DNA of 23,339 bases from IMG/VR virus record IMGVR_UViG_3300045599_000077; one strand, written 5' to 3'. Under the pieces are notes generated by a model. The model had not been told where the DNA came from, searched no databases, and saw nothing but the letters and a program-made list of their open reading frames with translations. Positions within the stretch are counted from its first letter, which is position 1, and each line of letters starts with the position of its first letter. This document shows positions 16,118 through 23,339 of this stretch, piece by piece. The stretch is from an uncultured virus (IMG/VR IMGVR_UViG_3300045599_000077) (lineage: Duplodnaviria > Heunggongvirae > Uroviricota > Caudoviricetes). The position numbers and the translations under genes are program-made.

Positions 16118-17272
16118 ATGACCATACGTGAGAGTGTAGACGAACAAATGGCGTTCTTTCTATATGAAAAGGGAGAAACGGTTCAGGTAAATGGAGTCGA
16201 ACGGCAGGCGCTTATTATCGATGCAATGGATAAAATCAACTATTACGATGATAAAGTTATCCGCAGCCAGGACAAACTGCAAACCGGAGATTTGATTGAT
16301 TATCAAGAAAGAAAGCATCTCCTTATCAGTCAAGTTGACCAGAATCCCCATTCCTATCGGGGCAAAATGAGAGCCTGTAATGATCGAATTGCTTTCAACT
16401 GGGCAGGGAATGTGAAATGGTTCGATGCCATTATAGAGGGACAGGATTTTTCGATTGATGCTGGAACAAAAATGATGATCCCGATAGGCAGTCTCTATGT
16501 CTATATGCAGGATAACGCCGAGACACGGAATATTCAGCTTGATCAGCGTTTTTATCATACACATCGACCATTTAAAGTAGAAGGTATTGATCGTTCCATG
16601 AATGGAGTCATAAAACTGTATGCTGTACTCGATTCCATTTCAAATTATGATGATGTAGAAAATAATATTGCGGAGCGCTGGAGATACGAAACCGCTCATA
16701 CATATTCATTAACCATTAATAATGGAGAGACAGCCAATGTTTTGCTGTATGATGTTCTTCAGCTAAATTATACCGTTACAGATAACGGCAACCCTGTTTT
16801 AAATCCGGCAATTACATTTACATCGAGCGATCCAAGTATTGTTAGTGTAGATAATAAAGGAAAAATCATGGGCATTCAGCCTGGACAAGCGATTATAACG
16901 GCAAGATTAACATATCAAGACACCATTATGGATACGATTACGATAACAACGGTTGAAACCGATATACATAACTATTCGATAACGATTACAGGAAGCCCGA
17001 CCATTAAGAAAGGGATGAGTGCATCCTATGTAGCAAAATTCTTTGATTCAGGTACAGAGGTTTTTGATAAATCGGGAATATGGAGTGTAAGAAATCAAGA
17101 TAATTCTACGCCTGTAATGGCAAGTATAACAGCAAGTACAGGAAACAGCGTAACAATTAAAGCAGGAACGCAAACGGATTATACGAATAAATACATTGTG
17201 TTAACGTGTACGTTATCCGATGATGCCAATATAAAAGCTGAGCAGTTAATACAAATCAAAAGTCTATTTTAG
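16118..17272 (+). CDS. Virion structural protein with C-terminal Ig-like (Big_2) domains
   Basis: LQLNYTVTD...ITFTSSDPSIVSVDNKGKIMGIQPGQAIITA is Big_2-like, followed by a second Ig-like segment; beta-rich N-terminal half. Confidence 0.8.
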   Translation: MTIRESVDEQMAFFLYEKGETVQVNGVERQALIIDAMDKINYYDDKVIRSQDKLQTGDLIDYQERKHLLISQVDQNPHSYRGKMRACNDRIAFNWAGNVKWFDAIIEGQDFSIDAGTKMMIPIGSLYVYMQDNAETRNIQLDQRFYHTHRPFKVEGIDRSMNGVIKLYAVLDSISNYDDVENNIAERWRYETAHTYSLTINNGETANVLLYDVLQLNYTVTDNGNPVLNPAITFTSSDPSIVSVDNKGKIMGIQPGQAIITARLTYQDTIMDTITITTVETDIHNYSITITGSPTIKKGMSASYVAKFFDSGTEVFDKSGIWSVRNQDNSTPVMASITASTGNSVTIKAGTQTDYTNKYIVLTCTLSDDANIKAEQLIQIKSLF

Positions 17273-17311
17273 AAGGGGCTTGCCGATAGGTGAGTCCTTT
17301 TATTTTTTTTT
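17273..17311 (+). terminator. Terminator closing the structural module
   Basis: AAGGGGCTTGCC-GATA-GGTGAGTCCTTT plus long T-run. Confidence 0.7.
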
Positions 17312-17338
17312 CATTTGAATGGGAAGGGGATACAATTG

Positions 17339-17467
17339 ATGCAGACAAAAAGTGTGGAATATTTGCTGAGTGTACATATTTTACAACAATTACAGGCAAT
17401 GAACTTGATTACAGAAGAAGAGTTTGTTGCTATCGATAAGGAAAATCAAAAGTCATTTCATGGCTGA
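17339..17467 (+). CDS. SHOCT-like microprotein (42 aa) upstream of serine recombinase
   Basis: GGAAGGGG RBS; MQTKSVEYLLSVHILQQLQAMNLITEEEFVAIDKENQKSFHG*, with the SHOCT-type LITEEEF motif. Confidence 0.7.
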   Translation: MQTKSVEYLLSVHILQQLQAMNLITEEEFVAIDKENQKSFHG

Positions 17468-17552
17468 TAACATACATAAATAACTTGAATAACTCTAAAA
17501 CCAATTATACCATGTGTGTGCAATAGGAATATATCAGGAAGGAGTGCTGCGA

Positions 17553-19157
17553 ATGGCTAAAGTGGTTAAAATTATTCCGGTGAAACCGGCAGATGTTGTC
17601 GAAGGTGTACCAAAAAAGATAAAGAAACGAGTATGTGCATATTGCCGGGTAAGCACAGATTCGGAAGAACAGAAAGAAAGCTACGAAAACCAATTAAACC
17701 ACTATACCCGATACATTCAAAGTAATCCAGACTGGGAGTTCGTAGACATCTATGCGGATGAAGGGATTTCGGGAACCAATACGAAAAATCGAACGGAATT
17801 TAAGCGAATGATTCAAGATGCGCGAGAAGGAAAAATCGACCTCATTCTCACTAAATCCATTTCACGCTTTTCCCGGAATACGATGGACTTACTGAAATAT
17901 GTGCGTGAGTTACGGAGTAAGGGGATTGCCGTATTATTCGAAAAAGAAAACATCAACACATTGGATTCTGCCGGAGAAGTATTCCTCACCATATTCAGCT
18001 CGATTGCACAGGATGAAAGCCGGAATATTTCAGAGAATTCCCGATGGGGGATTGTGAAAGGATTTCAGAATGGAAAAGTTTTTTGCAATACGACTCGCTT
18101 TCTTGGCTACGATAAAGACGAAGATGGTGAGCTGATTATTAATGAAGAGGAAGCGAAAATTGTGCGGCGCATTTATCAGGAATACTTAGAAGGGAAAAGC
18201 TATCAGGCAATTGCAAACGGACTCGAAGCTGATGGCATTAAAACCGCAACAGGAAATACGAAATGGTGGGATTCCACCATTACAGGTATCTTGACGAACG
18301 AAAAATACTACGGAGCCTTATTGCAGCAGAAAACGATAACCGTTGATTTTCTCACACACAAACGTGTGAAAAATATAGGGCAAGAACGACAGTTTTTTAT
18401 TGAAGAAAACCACGAACCCATCATTTCAAAAGAGATATTCGATAAGGTACAGAAGGAAAAAGAGCGCAGAGCTTTGCTCAAGGGAAATGTAAAAGGAGAG
18501 AGAAAAAAGTATTCGAGTAAATATGCGTTCAGTGGGAAAGTGTACTGCTCCAAATGCGGCAATACCCATAAGCGGAGAACGTGGAATAGTAACAATACCT
18601 CCAGAAAAGTAGTGTGGCAGTGTAAAACCTATATTAATGAAGGAAAAGATGCCTGCAACGCCAAGGCGGTCGATGAACAAGTATTACAGGATGCTTTTGT
18701 CCGGGTATTCAATCGGATGAAAGCAGATAAGGATGGATTTATTGAAACCCTGCATGACAATATTGAGAAAGTATTAGCGAAACGAGCAGGGGCTACCGCC
18801 ATCCAAGATATTGAAAGTAAAATGGAGCAGCTAAAATCTGACCTTAGAGGATTGGTGCAACTTCAAGTGCGAGGGCAGATTGATGAGGAAGTCTATAATG
18901 AAGAGCAAAGCCGAATGTCACAGGAGCTGGATGAGTTACGGAAACGGCGACTAGAACTGGATAAGGAACAGCATGGGAAAGAGCAATATAAGCAACGAGT
19001 TCAGGAGATTATTCAGACTATCCAGAGTAAGCAGGGCTTGTTGGAAAAATTTGATGATGACATATTCAATGCGCTGGTAGAGAAGATCGAAGTTCTCTCG
19101 CCAGCGCATTTTGTTTTTATATTGAAGAGCGGAATGAAGGTTGAGGAAACATTTTAG
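17553..19157 (+). CDS. Large serine recombinase (integrase of the phage-like element)
   Basis: AYCRVST catalytic Ser, DEGISG, KSISRFSRN, recombinase domain, Zn ribbon CSKCG...WQC...C, coiled coil. GAAGGAG RBS before ATG 17553; promoter TTGAAT-17-TACCAT at 17485-17513. Confidence 0.95.
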   Translation: MAKVVKIIPVKPADVVEGVPKKIKKRVCAYCRVSTDSEEQKESYENQLNHYTRYIQSNPDWEFVDIYADEGISGTNTKNRTEFKRMIQDAREGKIDLILTKSISRFSRNTMDLLKYVRELRSKGIAVLFEKENINTLDSAGEVFLTIFSSIAQDESRNISENSRWGIVKGFQNGKVFCNTTRFLGYDKDEDGELIINEEEAKIVRRIYQEYLEGKSYQAIANGLEADGIKTATGNTKWWDSTITGILTNEKYYGALLQQKTITVDFLTHKRVKNIGQERQFFIEENHEPIISKEIFDKVQKEKERRALLKGNVKGERKKYSSKYAFSGKVYCSKCGNTHKRRTWNSNNTSRKVVWQCKTYINEGKDACNAKAVDEQVLQDAFVRVFNRMKADKDGFIETLHDNIEKVLAKRAGATAIQDIESKMEQLKSDLRGLVQLQVRGQIDEEVYNEEQSRMSQELDELRKRRLELDKEQHGKEQYKQRVQEIIQTIQSKQGLLEKFDDDIFNALVEKIEVLSPAHFVFILKSGMKVEETF

Positions 19158-19205
19158 ATTTTTTTCTTGTTTTTACACATAGTTTTAAAAAAGTTCTTTA
19201 TACTA

Positions 19206-19248
19206 TTGTAAACAATATGTTTACAAAAATAAGGTGTAGCCATATACT
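19206..19248 (+). promoter_or_regulatory. Promoter with overlapping palindromic operator for the XRE-peptidase-PIN operon
   Basis: Perfect inverted repeat TTGTAAACA-ATA-TGTTTACAA (19206-19226) overlapping -35 TTTACA (19220-19225), 17 bp spacer, -10 TATACT (19243-19248). Confidence 0.7.
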
Positions 19249-19293
19249 TTTTAATAAAGATGATTCAAATCGTATGCAACAGGAGGTTATAGT

Positions 19294-19635
19294 ATGGACT
19301 TTTTTGAAAATGTGGGTAGAAATATTCTTGTTGTATTGAAGCAACAAGGAAGTAGTCAAAGCTCCCTTGCTGAAAAAATTGGCGTATCGAGACAGGTTAT
19401 GCAAAAAATTATAAAAGGAAAAAAAGCAATTAATGCTCTGGAAATTTCAAAAATTGCAGAGGTACTTGGTGTTTCTGTAGAAACGTTAACGCAAGAGACA
19501 ACCAAAACACAGGAAGAAGATCAAGTTGTCATGTTTATGGGAAGTATTAAAAATGAACATGTGAAAGAAAAGTTTGATTTTCTGAATGTAATTATGGAGG
19601 AAATCGTCCATATGGAGGATGACCTAAATGAGTAG
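19294..19635 (+). CDS. XRE-family HTH transcriptional regulator
   Basis: SQSSLAEKIGVSRQVMQKIIKGKK....LEISKIAEVLGVSVETL; AGGAGG RBS. Confidence 0.92.
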   Translation: MDFFENVGRNILVVLKQQGSSQSSLAEKIGVSRQVMQKIIKGKKAINALEISKIAEVLGVSVETLTQETTKTQEEDQVVMFMGSIKNEHVKEKFDFLNVIMEEIVHMEDDLNE

Positions 19636-20497
19636 CAATAACTATAGCCTTCCTTTTTTTGAGGAAGATGAAATAACGGATATTAAAAAAAATGTAGCCT
19701 ATTTTTTAAAGCAAACAGACTATGCAGACAAAATTATCAAGGATGACATTTTCAAGCTGTTAGAGAAAGAATGTAAGGTTCTTTACTATCCGATTGAAGA
19801 TGATGAAATTTGTGCGTTTTACCGAAAAGTGAATGAGACAAAATTTGTGTTTATTAATACAGCGATTCCATTTGAAAAGCAAGTATTTGCGGCAGCGCAT
19901 GAACTGGCTCATGTATGGGATATAGCTGGGGATGCATCTGAAGTGCTTCAGAGCATAGCTGTTCAGAATTATACAGAAGGACAGCAGCAAAATGGGATAC
20001 TACAGAATAAAATTGAAGATAAAGCAAATCGGTTTGCTGCTGAATTTCTTGTCGAAGAGAAGCTTTTACGTAAAGAATTGTCAGAAAGAGATGTACAAAA
20101 AGGTGCTGTGAAATTGCACACGTGTATTGAATTAATGGATGTATTTCTTGTTCCTTATAAGACCATTGTAATGAGACTGTATGAAATCGGATATATAGGG
20201 GATGTAGAATGTAAGGAGTTTCTGGATATTCCAGCTAGAGGAGAGAGCAGTCCGGTTGTACGTCTCCAGAATCGATTGGAATTGTGTGCAAAGAATAATG
20301 AAATCAGTAGAAAAATAAGGTTGGCTAATTTTGTGGATGTATCACTGAGAGCATATGAGAATAAACTTCGGACATATGAGAAGCTTGAACAACTGCTGGG
20401 TTTTGTGGGGAAGACTCCAGAACAATTTGGAATCGAGCAAGAAAAGGAAGAACTACTTAGCGAAGAAGAGCTAGAAGCGTTGTTGAGTGAGGAATGA
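19628..20497 (+). CDS. ImmA/IrrE-family (peptidase M78) Zn metallopeptidase
   Basis: FVFINT...QVFAAAHELAH (HExxH) and EDKANRFAAEFL; overlaps the upstream gene. Confidence 0.92.
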   Translation: MSSNNYSLPFFEEDEITDIKKNVAYFLKQTDYADKIIKDDIFKLLEKECKVLYYPIEDDEICAFYRKVNETKFVFINTAIPFEKQVFAAAHELAHVWDIAGDASEVLQSIAVQNYTEGQQQNGILQNKIEDKANRFAAEFLVEEKLLRKELSERDVQKGAVKLHTCIELMDVFLVPYKTIVMRLYEIGYIGDVECKEFLDIPARGESSPVVRLQNRLELCAKNNEISRKIRLANFVDVSLRAYENKLRTYEKLEQLLGFVGKTPEQFGIEQEKEELLSEEELEALLSEE

Positions 20498-21093
20498 TGA
20501 AGCATTTAGATAAAGTTATTCTGGATGCTGACATTTGCTTTAAACTTGGCAGATATTCAAAAGTTCAAGTACTGCAACAAGTCATTCCCCATATTGCGAA
20601 TGAAGTGTATATTCACGAATACGTGTATGCAGAAGAGATTAAGAAAAGGGAAAATGGAAAAGATCAGTTAGAACAGTTGATTGCCTTGAAACAACTAACC
20701 GTTTTATATGAACAGGATTTGTCGACATACCAAAAGCATATTTATGATGGTATAGTATCTTTATTATGCCAAGTTATGAAAGGAACGCCCCCGTATAAAG
20801 ACAAAAAACATTTGGGAGAAATTTTTTCCCTTGCGATGGCTAAAACTTTGCAAATTCCTATTTTCATGACAGATGAGAGAGATTTGCAGCCTATTATTGA
20901 TTCTAAATTAAACTCAGGAATGTCAGATGATATTAGTGTATTTCGCCTTCGGAGTTTGATTTTTTGGATAAAAGAACATCCTGAATGCGGAATTAGCAGG
21001 AAAGAAGCGAAGTTTATCTGGTGCGGAGCTTATAGTAAAGATGATTTGGATTATTATAAAGCGGAATTTGATAATAAAATTTGGCCACTGTAA
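20494..21093 (+). CDS. PIN-domain-like protein (putative RNase/effector)
   Basis: VILDAD, VYAEE, HLGE..SLAMA and FMTDERD acidic residues in PIN order; start overlaps the peptidase stop. Confidence 0.75.
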   Translation: MMKHLDKVILDADICFKLGRYSKVQVLQQVIPHIANEVYIHEYVYAEEIKKRENGKDQLEQLIALKQLTVLYEQDLSTYQKHIYDGIVSLLCQVMKGTPPYKDKKHLGEIFSLAMAKTLQIPIFMTDERDLQPIIDSKLNSGMSDDISVFRLRSLIFWIKEHPECGISRKEAKFIWCGAYSKDDLDYYKAEFDNKIWPL

Positions 21094-21136
21094 GAAGGGG
21101 CTTATTCAGTGAATATGAATATATTCTTTTTACCGT

Positions 21137-21152
21137 CTCGACACATGTCGAG
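21137..21152. other. Putative attR recombination site (CTCGACA-CA-TGTCGAG)
   Basis: Perfect 7-bp inverted repeat around a central dinucleotide, at the start of an orphan rlmD-like 3' end. Confidence 0.7.
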
Positions 21153-21191
21153 TGTACAGTGTTACTTAAATTGAGAGAGGCAAGCCAGTAA
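21141..21191 (+). pseudogene. rlmD: Orphan 3' end of rlmD/rumA-type 23S rRNA m5U methyltransferase
   Basis: Translates THVECTVLLKLREASQ*, matching the C-terminal T-x-HVE-(C/T)-V-x-LL motif of RlmD/TrmA; no 5' part present here. Confidence 0.7.
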
Positions 21192-21202
21192 ATTGCCTCT
21201 CT
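21174..21202. terminator. Hairpin between rlmD fragment and convergent recombinase
   Basis: AGAGAGGCAA/TTGCCTCTCT perfect 10-bp stem. Confidence 0.6.
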
Positions 21203-21204
21203 TA

Positions 21205-22731
21205 TTACGCCCCCGCCGACAGTGGGCGGGTAATATTATAATGAATCGTAAGAGCACCGTTTTCATGGACTTCGATTTTATGAATGAGTTTTTGGAGAAC
21301 TTGCTTTAAAACTTGTTCATCATCAATATTTAATTGAGCGAAGCGGTCCACTTGTTTCTTAAAGGCACGGAGTTGTTGCTCTGTGTCTTTTTGATTTTCA
21401 AGCATGGATTCCAGTTCTGCTTTTCTCGTGGAAAGCTGGGACTGTTCTGATTGAATATGCTCATTCTGAGCTTTAAACTGCACAATATCGATTGCTTTAT
21501 CGGTGTACAGTTGAAGTAGACTTTGAAACTCTTTAGTAAGCTGATTTAGACGCTTGGTAATGGAAGCTAATTCTTTGCTGTATTGAGCTTGTTTAGCATT
21601 AGCTTTTTCATTTGCCATTCCATAAAGTTTCTCCATCTTGATATTATCAGTAATTAATGCTCTAAGTTCATCTTTTACAGCTTGTAATAGAGTATTCGAC
21701 TCAATAATATGAGAAGAACAAAAAGAGCGTGAGTGTTTTACATACCCCCCACATACATATGCTCCATTCTTTCTTCTATCTTTGCGGAATAGCATGCCTT
21801 TACCACAGTCGGCACAAACAGCGATATGAGCGAATAAGCTCTCCTGCCCATTGCTTTTATTTTTACCTTTCTTTTTCATCTTTTCTTGTACTGCATTATG
21901 TTCGTCCATGGTAATAATAGCAGGATGGGCATTCTCAGTTATAACCTGTTTACTTGGGTCTACCTGTTTCCGCCTTTTTGAGATGAAATCGGTTGTTTCC
22001 GTTTGATGCTGAACGAGGGTTCCTGTATAGACGATGTTACTTAGAATAAGTTTTACTGTGCTTTGATGCCACAAGACCCCCGCATTGCTGCCGCCTGACA
22101 CTGTTCTTGGGGTCGGTACGCTCTTTCCTATAAGATAATTACTAATTTTGTACATGCCCCAATCCTTATATAAATACAAATCGAAAATTTCCCTAACAAT
22201 AGGGGCATGGTTTTCATCAAGTACTAGCTTTTTGGTAAGTGAATCTCGTTGATAGCCGAAGGCAGGGAGAGAGGCTTTATAGATTCCCTGCTTAGCACTT
22301 GCACGAAGACCGAGTTTAATTCGCTCGGATAGCTTAGCGCTTTCTTCCTCTGCTAATACAGCTTTAAGATTAAACATTAGCCTACTTGTACTTGTTTGGG
22401 TATCATAATTATCTTCGGGAAGAATGAGCCGAATCCCAAACGATTCAATATTATGTGCTGTTTTTAGATTTTCGATAGTATTTCTGCCTAACCTAGATAC
22501 AGACTTAGCAATAACAACATCGAATTTCTTACTCTTAGCATCTTGTAGTAAGCGTTGTATGGCGTCTCTTTTATCTCTAGTTGCCCCACTGATTCCATCG
22601 TCAATGTAGTGTTCGGTAACTGACCAGCCATTCTGAATAACTAAAGAATTAGCTAAAGTAACCTGATTTTCAAGGCTGTTCTTTTGAGCGTCTCTATTTG
22701 TACTTACTCTTGCATATATAGCGCATCGCAT
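21205..22731 (-). CDS. Second large serine recombinase (adjacent, probably separate mobile element)
   Basis: AIYARVST, DDGISG, KSVSRLGRN, recombinase domain, Zn ribbon CADCG...YVC...C, coiled coil; AAAGGGAGG RBS. Confidence 0.95.
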   Translation of the reverse strand: MRCAIYARVSTNRDAQKNSLENQVTLANSLVIQNGWSVTEHYIDDGISGATRDKRDAIQRLLQDAKSKKFDVVIAKSVSRLGRNTIENLKTAHNIESFGIRLILPEDNYDTQTSTSRLMFNLKAVLAEEESAKLSERIKLGLRASAKQGIYKASLPAFGYQRDSLTKKLVLDENHAPIVREIFDLYLYKDWGMYKISNYLIGKSVPTPRTVSGGSNAGVLWHQSTVKLILSNIVYTGTLVQHQTETTDFISKRRKQVDPSKQVITENAHPAIITMDEHNAVQEKMKKKGKNKSNGQESLFAHIAVCADCGKGMLFRKDRRKNGAYVCGGYVKHSRSFCSSHIIESNTLLQAVKDELRALITDNIKMEKLYGMANEKANAKQAQYSKELASITKRLNQLTKEFQSLLQLYTDKAIDIVQFKAQNEHIQSEQSQLSTRKAELESMLENQKDTEQQLRAFKKQVDRFAQLNIDDEQVLKQVLQKLIHKIEVHENGALTIHYNITRPLSAGA

Positions 22732-22852
22732 AGATGAGTAGTCCTCCCTTTGGGTCTCTTACTGGCTCTATACGATGTGTCTCCATAAAAATTAAGTGAA
22801 GCCTTAATTATCCCTTACCTGACTCGTAAAGAGAAGGTAGGAGGTGAAATTC

Positions 22853-22963
22853 ATGAAACAAGAATTTGTAGGAACCCAATCCATACAAGAAATGATGGAA
22901 GAGCTATTACAATCATTGCTTCAGGCTGGATTGCTTAGACTTGATGCATCTGATGAGAACTAA
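22853..22963 (+). CDS. Acidic microprotein (36 aa) divergent from second recombinase
   Basis: AGGAGGTG RBS; MKQEFVGTQSIQEMMEELLQSLLQAGLLRLDASDEN*; followed by a terminator. Confidence 0.55.
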   Translation: MKQEFVGTQSIQEMMEELLQSLLQAGLLRLDASDEN

Positions 22964-22990
22964 AAAGAGCCCTGAGGTGGGCTCTTTTTT
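22962..22990. terminator. Bidirectional rho-independent terminator
   Basis: AAAAAGAGCCC-TGAGGT-GGGCTCTTTTT. Confidence 0.75.
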
Positions 22991-23339
22991 ACAGAAGTCC
23001 CTTTATTCTCAGCAAAGCACCGTAAATGTTTAGAGAGTAATTTTCACGTTTAGACCAGGGCTCAGTTGTCTCTGCTACGATTTGACTTAATGGTGATTGG
23101 TTCCAAACAGCGAAGTATTGCTCTTCATCAAGCATATCTTTGTGTTTTTCAAATAGTTCTTTCAAATCTTGGATGAAGGCTTCTTGTTTATTTCTATGAT
23201 TTCGTATATATTCTGTTGGTAGACTGAATTCTGGACACGCAGAACCGAGAGTGCGACAATAAAAGCATTCTAAATCGAGGTGTCTACGATGGCAAAAAAG
23301 TACAGTCAAGAATTCAAGCACCAAGCTGTCCAACTCATT
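22989..23339 (-). CDS. Hypothetical protein, C-terminal part (frame open to window edge)
   Basis: Frame open through 23339 and ends at the bidirectional terminator; contains CFYC and other Cys/His residues. Confidence 0.55.
   Translation of the reverse strand, partial: NELDSLVLEFLTVLFCHRRHLDLECFYCRTLGSACPEFSLPTEYIRNHRNKQEAFIQDLKELFEKHKDMLDEEQYFAVWNQSPLSQIVAETTEPWSKRENYSLNIYGALLRIKGLL

Larger units (their letters stand above)
1..21145 (+). mobile_element. Integrated phage-like element / putative capsid-forming satellite (right part; left end outside window)
   Basis: Replication-like helicase, TerS, TerL, portal, scaffold, capsid and head-completion genes, plus a large serine recombinase, ending at an att-like palindrome overlapping an rlmD-like 3' fragment. 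No tail or lysis genes seen. Confidence 0.85.

Noticed and set aside
14166..17272. Programmed frameshift or tail-chaperone/tape-measure remnants
   Set aside because: No convincing slippery site at gene ends and no unassigned space that could hold tail gene remnants.
1067..22609. Many antisense or nested ORFs in the track (e.g. 1067-1393, 5565-5999, 6021-6410, 8140-8508, 16160-16564, 18308-18595, 20155-20505)
   Set aside because: Shadow frames of well-supported genes, with no evident RBS or motifs.
17553..22731. Invertible segment between the two convergent serine recombinases
   Set aside because: Only one att-like site seen and no inverted partner; two adjacent elements is the simpler explanation.

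Overview
AT-rich Bacillota (Firmicutes)-type DNA. Positions 1 to ~21145 are the right part of an integrated phage-like element whose left end lies outside the window. In order it carries: a Cys-cluster SF2 helicase-like putative replication gene, a ParB-fused DNA methyltransferase, several small accessory genes, TerS, a TnpI/Xer-like tyrosine recombinase with its own dif-like core site, an antisense PD-(D/E)XK-like nuclease gene, TerL, an SPP1-type portal, scaffold, major capsid, head-tail adaptor, head closure and one Ig-like-domain protein. These are followed directly by a SHOCT microprotein and a large serine recombinase. No tail tube, tape measure, baseplate, holin or endolysin gene is visible, so it looks like a head-only (capsid-forming satellite-like or tailless/short-tailed) element rather than a complete prophage. 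Between the recombinase and the element end is a cargo operon XRE-HTH / ImmA-IrrE metallopeptidase / PIN-like protein with a perfect palindromic operator on its -35 box, a candidate protease-gated toxin-antitoxin or defence system. The element ends at a palindromic att-like site (21137-21152) overlapping an orphan rlmD/rumA-like 3' end (THVECTVLL...). A second, convergent large serine recombinase follows, suggesting tandem accretion of mobile elements at this hotspot. All assignments come from motif recognition by eye; no searches were run.
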